Assembly (NCBI GenBank): GCA_951406725.2
Contig: OX597819.1
Location: forward strand, 77,934,001-77,998,000
Source of the DNA: Octopus vulgaris
Lineage: Eukaryota
Length of the DNA stretch: 64,000 nt
Direction of reading: 5' to 3'
The notes beneath the pieces were generated by a model. It saw nothing but the letters and a program-made list of their open reading frames with translations, did not search any database and was not told the origin of the DNA. A program made the translations under genes and the position numbers. Below are positions 54,779-64,000 of the stretch, one piece after another (the first letter of the stretch is position 1; every line of letters starts with the position of its first letter).

Positions 54779-55720
54779 TCTTCTCTATATATAAAAGGCA
54801 GGTTGTCTGTCTGTGTGTCTGTCAGGTTGTACCCTCACTCTGACCACGGCTTTCAACCGATTCTGATAAAACTTGATACACACATAGCCCAATGTCATAA
54901 TTCAAAACTAACGAAGCGAAAATTTTGTAAAATTCCCCCTAGTTCTGAAAAAAATTGATAAATTTGGCATGGGGTCGAGAATCTAAGCTTTTCATATGCA
55001 ACACATTTTCTGTTGTAGTTTTCGCAACTTGCAATCGATTTTCACCAAACTCATGGTGAAGCTTAATGTTTCCCTAAGAAACTTAATTCTGACGTTAGTT
55101 TTCCATGCAATACCATACCATCAGAAAAAATCGATAAAAATCATGCCATTTTGGGAAATCGCGTTCAAATTCAAGATGACATATTTTCGACAATATCTCT
55201 AACAAATTGGCAGGAATTTTTTTTTAAATTCACAGCGAGCATCATGTCTGATCCAAGGAGCTATATGGCCCTTTTTATTCCAATAGGATACTTTATTACT
55301 GGAAAAAATCGGTTAATTAAATCATATGTGGCACACATAGCAAACCCATTTGTGTATTAAACACAAACCACAGACTGTCTAGGGGACGCAACTCGACCTT
55401 CTTTAACTGTCTTACTGCCCCAAATAACTATCGATAATTCAACCCACAGGAGGAAATCTAGACTTAATCTTCAAGGTATCCCACATACAAACCAAAGATT
55501 ACATCGAAACCTCCAGACTAACCTAAGTGAACCAATTCCTACCAGGAAGAAATTACATTCGAGACTTTACCCCCAACACCGCCACTTCAAGCAGTCAACG
55601 AGACAAAACATGACCAGACAACATAACCTTGGCATACTTCTACTAATCGCTGCTGCAGCCACAAGTCGTTGCCTACTAGGGGCTCTTACATACCCGGGCA
55701 ACACCGGGCTATGCTGCTAG
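54779..55720 (+). mobile_element. Complete non-autonomous Helitron
   Basis: 5' TC preceded by A; 3' hairpin CCCGG-GCAACA-CCGGG, then CTAG followed by T (AT target, no TSD). Confidence 0.88.
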
Positions 55721-55950
55721 TTTAATATATTTTTGTAACATTTATGATTGTAAATTTGTGATTATTGTTATGACTGTTAAAGATAGTCTTAAACACGTTG
55801 CGTTGTAAATAGCTACTGATTAATTAAATCGATGCCATCTTGAACTACTTAAGAGAAATGAGTACATTTTTTTCTTCTCATTACAATTCACTTTACACCT
55901 GGCAAGGCAGCAATCCATTATCCAGTTATCTATTAATATAGAGAGTGAAA

Positions 55951-56350
55951 GGCAGCGAGCTGGCAGAAACGTTAGCGCGCCGGGTGAAATGCTTCGCGGT
56001 ATTTCGTCTGCCGTTACGTTCTGAGTTCAAATTCCGCCGAGGTCGACTTTGCCTTTCATCCATTCGGAGTCGATTAAATAAGTACTAGTTACGCACTGGG
56101 GTCGATATAATTGACTTAATCCATTTGTCTGTCCTTGTTTGTCCCCTCTGTGTTAAGCCCCTTGTGGGTCGTAAAGAAATAAGGTATTTCGTCTGCCGTT
56201 ACGTTCTGAGTTCAAATTCCGTCGAGATCGACTTTACCTTTCATCTTTTCGAGGTCGATAAATTAAGTAGCAGTTGCATACTGGGTCGACCTATTCGACT
56301 AGCCCCCCTTCCCAAAATTTTCGGGTCTTGTGCCTAGAGTAGAAAGAATA
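55951..56350 (+). mobile_element. SINE family B dimer
   Basis: The second unit restarts at GGTATTTCGTCTGCCGTTACG (~56183). Confidence 0.93.
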
Positions 56351-56507
56351 TTTAGAGAGTGAGAAAAGGAGAGAGGGGTGGGTCATAAATAAATAGTATA
56401 ATTGACTTTCAATCTATTCTGTTGTAATATTTTGTTTCTAGCCCACTTCATTTTATTTTATGTATCTATCTATCAGTCTATCAATCTACCAATCAATCAA
56501 TCAATCA

Positions 56508-56558
<51 letters not shown>

Positions 56559-56588
56559 AATCTATCAATCTACCAATCAATCAATCTT

Positions 56589-56665
<77 letters not shown>

Positions 56666-56837
56666 TTATCTATCTATCTGTCTGTTTGTCTGTTCGTTTG
56701 TTTGTCTCTCTGTCTAGCTGTCCATCTCTCTGTCTATTTAACTATCCATCAATTACTCTAACTGAAGTAAATTCATATTTCGCTAGAACGTCTGCCACGT
56801 TATTTGGGCAGTTACACCATATGACAACAACTGTATG

Positions 56838-56914
<77 letters not shown>

Positions 56915-57327
56915 TTCAAATAATACATTAGGTTATTGTTACATTAGGGAAAATAAGTTAAAGGAAATGATTCAAGTGGGCGCACATTATGAATCGCGAA
57001 AATTCAGGAAAGTGGTGATGTACTAAATGACTACTCACTGAAATTCACGGATGACAATCGATTGACTTACCTCCGATGATGTTTTTCAATTCCATTTGGT
57101 ATTTTTTAATTACTTAAGCAGAAGCTTAGGTAATTTAATGATAATGACAATGATGTTCACACAGTTTGATTTTATTGAAGGATAACAACTATGTCACACG
57201 AGCTTAAAAAAATATTTGAGTTAATCACAATCTAATGCAGTTGATTAGACAAAAAACAGACAATGGTCTCCATTGATGGGGGTCATTCATAACAATACTT
57301 TTGAAGACACTTTTGCAAATCGTATAA

Positions 57328-57487
57328 GGCGTGGTTGTGTGGTAAGATGCTTGTTCCCAACTGCATGGTTCCACGTTCAGTCCCAATGCGTGGTATCTTG
57401 AGCAAGTGTCTTCTACTATAGATCCGAGCCGACCAAAGCCTTGTGAGTGAATTTCGTAGATTAGATGGAAACTGAAAGAAGTCCGTC

Positions 57488-57568
<81 letters not shown>

Positions 57569-57810
57569 CATGTATTTATTTGTGTGCTCTGTGTCTGTGT
57601 TTGTCACCCCACTCACCATCGCTTGACAACCAATGTTGGTGTGTTTACGTCCCCAAAACGTAGAGTTTATACAAAAGAGACTGATAGAATAAGTACTAGT
57701 CTTACAGAAAACAAGTACTGGGCTCGATTTGTTCAACTAAAATCCCTTAAGGTGGTTCTCCAGAACGGCCGCACCCAAAATGATTGAAACAAGTAAAAGA
57801 ATAAAATAAG
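57328..57810 (+). mobile_element. SINE family A, full-length diverged
   Basis: Head, core, internal microsatellite and tail present. Confidence 0.9.
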
Positions 57811-58124
57811 AATGAAAATAAAGATTAAAAATATGCCGAACAGTTTCCTATTCATTGAAATGTGAGGAATATCTTGAATACATTTATGTCTTTTGATATA
57901 TACCGTTAAAAATACAAAGTACTGACGATCATCCATTCAACTCACTACGAACATGAACAATTTCAGAATTCATTTATTCATATAAAGCCTAATATACCTA
58001 TTTCTTTACTACCCGCAAGGGACTAAACACAGAGGGGACAAACAAGGACAGACAAATGTTCATATCGCGCCATGATATAAGACAGAGAGACAAAATAAAC
58101 TAGCAAAAAAGATTTTACTGGATA

Positions 58125-58183
58125 ATTCAAGATCCTGGATTTCTGGCTTTGCTTCCAATAACCTCTGCCTTCGTCAGTTGAAT
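58125..58183 (-). ncRNA. Type-I hammerhead motif (left arm)
   Basis: Exact reverse complement of 58428-58486. Confidence 0.75.
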
Positions 58184-58427
58184 ATGCCAGATGGGTAAAT
58201 AACTACAAATATATATACAGAACATACGTTATACTTACATATACGAACGACCCTACATACATATATATGCACGTATGTACAAGACCAGTCCAAATTCCCC
58301 CGCCACTGGTCTTTGCCCGACTGGTTTTGTACATACGTGCATATATATGTATGTAAGGTCGTTCGTATATGTAAGTATAACGTATGTTCTGTATATATAT
58401 ATTTGTATTTATTTACCCATCTGGCAT

Positions 58428-58486
58428 ATTCAACTGACGAAGGCAGAGGTTATTGGAAGCAAAGCCAGAAATCCAGGATCTTGAAT
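58428..58486 (+). ncRNA. Type-I hammerhead motif with intact core
   Basis: ATTCAA-CTGACGA-A-GGC-(19)-GCC-A-GAAA-TCCAGGA-TC-TTGAAT; 6-bp stem I, AUC site at 58480. Confidence 0.75.
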
Positions 58487-58706
58487 TATCCAGTAAAATC
58501 TTTTTTGCTAGTTTATTTTGTCTTTCTGTCTTATATCATGGCGCGATATGAACATTTAAGGTGGTTTTTGGAGTCAGGGTCTTGACTGCTATTTCGGCAT
58601 GGTGGTATCTTTCAGATACCCTTATTTATAGTTTTAAATAATTATTACCTTTGTATGGTATTTATTCCCATGCTGGACACTTGATAAGATCGATATTTAA
58701 ATATCG

Positions 58707-58747
<41 letters not shown>

Positions 58748-58825
58748 TGAAATATTTTTGCCACTTAAATGCCAAAAATACTTCACGATGTCTTGCAGCT
58801 ACTGTTTATACCTCGCTCAGAGATT

Positions 58826-58867
<42 letters not shown>

Positions 58868-58929
58868 TAACATTGACACCCGACGAAAACAGAGCAACAT
58901 CGGTTGACAAGAGATGGTTGGGGTACAAA

Positions 58930-59100
58930 CATAAACACAAAAACATACAAACACACACATATATACATTTATATTTATATATGTATATGCATATATATAT
59001 ACACACACACAAATATATATATGTACATATACATATATATCTATACATATATATGCATACATATACATTTATACATATATATATATATACATATATATAC

Positions 59101-59132
<32 letters not shown>

Positions 59133-59481
59133 GCATATATATATACATATATATACGTATATGTACATGTGTATATATATATATATAGATGTATATAAAT
59201 ATATACATGTATATGAATATACATGTATACATATAGATAAATCTATTTATATATACATGTGTATATATATATATCCACATATATCTATATATCTATATAT
59301 ACAAATACATATATGTATATATACATATATATATATACATATGCATATATATATATCTATACATATGTATACATATATATATATATATATATACATTATA
59401 TATACATATATACATATAAATATATATACATATAGATCTATATATATATGCATATAGATCTATATATGCATATATATACAT

Positions 59482-59528
<47 letters not shown>

Positions 59529-59700
59529 CACATATGGGTACAGGACTACCCATATATCCATGTATATATACATGTAGATGTAGGTATGTACATATATGTA
59601 TGTATATATGCATGTCTTATTTATTAATTTGTTATTATACGACAGAACGCACGCATCCATTTCTAGGTAAGTTTGTTCCTAATATATATATCCGTATATA

Positions 59701-59753
<53 letters not shown>

Positions 59754-59852
59754 GTATATATTCATATAAATCTATATACACATCAATAAATATACATCGA
59801 TATATAAATGCATACTTATATAAATATATATACATACCTATAAAAATATGTA

Positions 59853-59912
<60 letters not shown>

Positions 59913-60049
59913 AATATATATTTATATTTACATATATATATGCATATACATACAACATATATACATATATATATATACATATAAGTCTATATATATATAC
60001 TTCTATATATAGACATATATATCTATATATACACATATATATGTATATA

Positions 60050-60099
<50 letters not shown>

Positions 60100-60135
60100 C
60101 ATATTTACATATATTCATACGTATATATACATATA
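58930..60135. repeat. Degenerate (TA)n/(CATATA)n low-complexity array
   Basis: Direct reading; similar arrays at 60665-60980 and 61870-63480. Confidence 0.95.
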
Positions 60136-60460
60136 TAAAAAAAATTACAGAATGAGATAAAAATCCAAGACTGTGAAGATTTCAGAACATTTATAAATAG
60201 GTCTTACAGCCTATTCCGGGATATTTTTTATATCCCTTCATCTGAGACGGTGTGAGAAAATGGTTAAGCAATAGCTATTCTAGAGATGATACGAAATAGG
60301 GAGTGAAGTGGAGGAATGAAAATAGACGTGAGGTATGCAGGGATGTTGTATCTTCGGTTCCATTATTTAGGTAGAATGTTATACATATAAGATTCCTGAA
60401 CCTTGTGATTAAGTTCCAATGGTATTTAAAATTGGTCTTTCCAAGCATAGAATTTGTAAA
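60135..60460 (-). mobile_element. Single-arm copy of the 37122-37683 family
   Basis: Colinear with 37135-37480; motif at 60201-60248(-). Confidence 0.85.
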
Positions 60461-60845
60461 CGGTGTTATTGAATCGTTTGTTTTTTTTTACTTTTTAAGT
60501 GACCTAAAAGTTTGGAATATGCTTGTAAGGTCACATCAAAAAACAGGAAGAGAGAAAAAAAGAAAGAAAAAAAGAAAAAGAAAGGCGGGGAGAGAGATAA
60601 TAGAGAAATAAAGAGCGGGAAAGTGTACTGGATAGTGGTCAGTCAGGATAAATTGATAGAAGGAATGTGTGTGTGTATATATATAGACACATATATATAT
60701 ATATACACATATATATATACACATATATATATAAATATACACATATATGTGCATATATATATATACATACATATATACATATAAATCTATGTATATATAC
60801 ATGCATATATATATGCATATATACATATACACCTATACATATACA

Positions 60846-60891
<46 letters not shown>

Positions 60892-61384
60892 CATCCATAT
60901 ATATGTGCAGATGTGTATACATTCATATACATATACATATATATATATATACATAACATATGTATATTATGTATATACACGGAAAACTGGAGTAAGACAC
61001 ACGCTCATCTATCGTTAGTTATCGGCAAAAAATCCTTACGACTTCACAGTATACATACATGCATTCATACATACACACATACATGCACACATACATACAG
61101 ACAGACATACACATAGGCATACATACATACATACATACATACATACATACATACATACATACATACATACATACGTACGTACGTACGTACGTACATAGAT
61201 ACATACGTTTTTCAGCGTATATACATAGAAACATCTATATGCATATTCATGTATTTATCGTTCGTTTCAAATTCCTTGGTCCCTGTGAGGTTGGCAGTAA
61301 GAAAAAATTTTCTTACACACAATGTAATAACCTACAATAATCGCACCTAGCTTTAAAACTTGTGACAGCGAAATATGTTAAAGT

Positions 61385-61700
61385 CAATAAAGCTGCACTT
61401 GGTGGTCGTCCTCATACAGAGCTTTCTATGTTGGAGGGCTCATAATAATGCTAGGCGTTAGCTGAAGGCTAAAGTGGAAATTTGTGGACATATTGTGGAC
61501 ATATTTCACATATCGCTACTATTTTCGTTGAGCGAAGAATAGACTTCGCCGGCCATTGGGGCCGGGCTGAACAAGAGGCTACATTTGGTGTTATATTTTA
61601 AAGATTTCCGAATGTTAGTAGCGGGCGAAAATCACGCAACGTACATTGATGGTATTGACGAAGGCAGGCCTAACAAAAGCTGTTGCTGCCGTTTGAATAC
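61385..61700 (+). pseudogene. LINE (RTE-like) ORF2 C-terminal remnant
   Basis: Manual translation RRIDFAGHWGRAEQEATFGVIF*...GRKS/ATYID resembles the RRLxFAGH...R...W...GR..TY.D end of RTE ORF2. Confidence 0.55.
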
Positions 61701-61703
61701 CAA

Positions 61704-61773
<70 letters not shown>

Positions 61774-61931
61774 ACACACACACATCAGAAACAGCCTGAC
61801 GCTAACATCATCGGCCGAACTTTCAAAATACACTTCAGCTCTCGCATATCAAAATTATGCACATAACTTTATATGTGTATGTGTATGTTTGTGTGTGTGC
61901 ACGTATATATGCATATATTTATGTATACATG

Positions 61932-61973
<42 letters not shown>

Positions 61974-61997
61974 AATATATATATATATATAAATATT

Positions 61998-62109
<112 letters not shown>

Positions 62110-62223
62110 TATATATATATATATATACATATATATGTGTGTGTGTGTATATAAATATGTATATATATATATGTATGTGTGTGCGTATATATATATATGT
62201 ATGTGTGTGCGTGTGTATATATA

Positions 62224-62283
<60 letters not shown>

Positions 62284-63204
62284 TACAGTAATTTAAAGTC
62301 AGTATTAACCATTGCTGCAAATATTTAATTGAAGAGAAAACTTCGCTTAACATTCTCTCTTCAGATCTTGAATGATTTCAATCAAAATTTTTAATCAAAA
62401 TTCTACAGGAAATTTACAAAAATTGTGATTCTATACAATGTAATGTACCAGTCCTCGCATAAAGGACATTTAAACATTCTCGTCAACAATGTGTGACTGT
62501 CATAGCAAAAAATGCAACTTATTTACTTACTAATTAACCCAAAAACCACTTCTGGATATCTATCATCTCCTGTGTCAAAATTATAATTAAAATCGTTTAG
62601 TAAGGAAGTTATTATATGATAAATGTAACATGAAGAAAAACGGCAGAAGAAAACCTATTTAGTAAATGAAATGTAGTGATGAAGAGGTAACGTGTGCGCG
62701 CGTATGTGTATGTATGCGTATATATATGTGTGTGTGCTTCTGTGTGTGTGTGTGTGTGTGCGTGTGTGTGTGTTTGTGTCTGTGTGTGTGTGTATACACA
62801 TATATATATATATATTTATCTGTGTGACTGTCGCTTTTAAAAATGATTATTTGTTTAACTCTAATTCACGTATTGAGTCCTGCATTTATTTAATGTTTCT
62901 TTTATATGTAATTAAAAACGTGTAACAATCTACACACACACACATAACATACATATCACGTGTGTATATAAATATATAGACTGTTATAAATATTGAATTT
63001 GATATATATACATACATGCATACATATATATATATATATACACACAAACACATCTATACACACACATGCACACACATATATATTGTATATATGTATCTAC
63101 ATATATGCATATATTTACACACACTTATATATGTACATCTATACATATATTCATACATACATACATATTTGTATACATACATACATACATACATACATAC
63201 ATAC

Positions 63205-63281
<77 letters not shown>

Positions 63282-64000
63282 TGTACATACACATACACGA
63301 AGATAAAAGTTTTTGTACATATATTTATACATATATACATACATATACATATATGTATATGTATATATATATATCTTTGTATACATGTAGGTATGCATGA
63401 CTAAAAATATATATACATATATATAAATACACACACACACACATACATATACACACAACTTATACACAATGTAAATTTTATACGTTTGTATGTATGTAAA
63501 CTCTATGAATTCAACTAACGGCGTTTGTCGCCACTCTAAGATGGTGGCAACGTATTGTTGTTTCGTTGATTAACACTGAATGCGTGAGTCAGAAATGAAG
63601 GGCGGCAATTCATAACAAAACGTTTTTCGGGAGGTACATGGTAGGTGATAATTTAAAGGAGAGAAAACTATCTCGAGTTAATTGTGAAAATCAATTACAC
63701 TTATATCTTAAACTGTCTGATACACGCGCCCGATACTCGCAGATTATAAATTAAACCATTCGGCAATTGAATATCCGCCTGCATAGAGATGTGGTTGAGA
63801 GCCTGGAGTTTGTATTTCTCCGCATTAAATCCAGTTGAAATGGCTTATTCTCTTGGACTTTTCAGATGCACATAGCTGACTGTAGGCTTCACCCACCCGC
63901 ATGGGTAGAACCTTGAAAGAAAGCTGCATAGAAATGTCTATATTGGATGAAAGTGTACTGCAGCTGAATTGACTAAATGCACATAATTGGTACATCAAAG

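Larger units (their letters stand above)
58054..58557. mobile_element. Young fold-back element, ~237-bp arms with a 28-nt loop
   Basis: Arms 58054-58290 and 58319-58557 are almost identical; abuts a truncated SINE-B tail (57997-58053). Confidence 0.95.

Noticed and set aside
63480-64000. Unique-looking sequence at the window end, possible exon near 63866
   Set aside because: No recognisable ORF or motif; truncated by the window edge.

Overview
AT-rich, microsatellite-saturated animal genomic DNA. The repeat families and the (TA)n/(CATA)n/(GATA)n load point to a cephalopod, probably Octopus (inference). No host protein-coding gene can be supported, and nearly all listed ORFs are translated simple repeats. 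The window is a patchwork of mobile elements: many copies of at least three tRNA-headed SINE families; a full-length but decayed Tc1-type transposon with DD36E spacing (19354-20610); a mariner/maT-like fragment; a fossil Helitron Pif1 helicase; a complete non-autonomous Helitron (54779-55720); an RTE LINE reverse-transcriptase fossil; and an R4/Dong-like endonuclease tail. The most striking unannotated structure is a large set of short fold-back (inverted-repeat) elements, many sitting in (TA)n tracts. They carry minimal type-I hammerhead-ribozyme motifs with palindromic stem III, as known from Penelope-like retroelements. One family (33461-33889 and 7115-7468) joins a tRNA-like Pol III head to a hammerhead tail, inserts as a head-to-head palindrome and is flanked by 12-13 bp target-site duplications, making it a candidate Penelope-mobilised ribozyme-bearing SINE. 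All assignments are by eye; no database search or folding was run.
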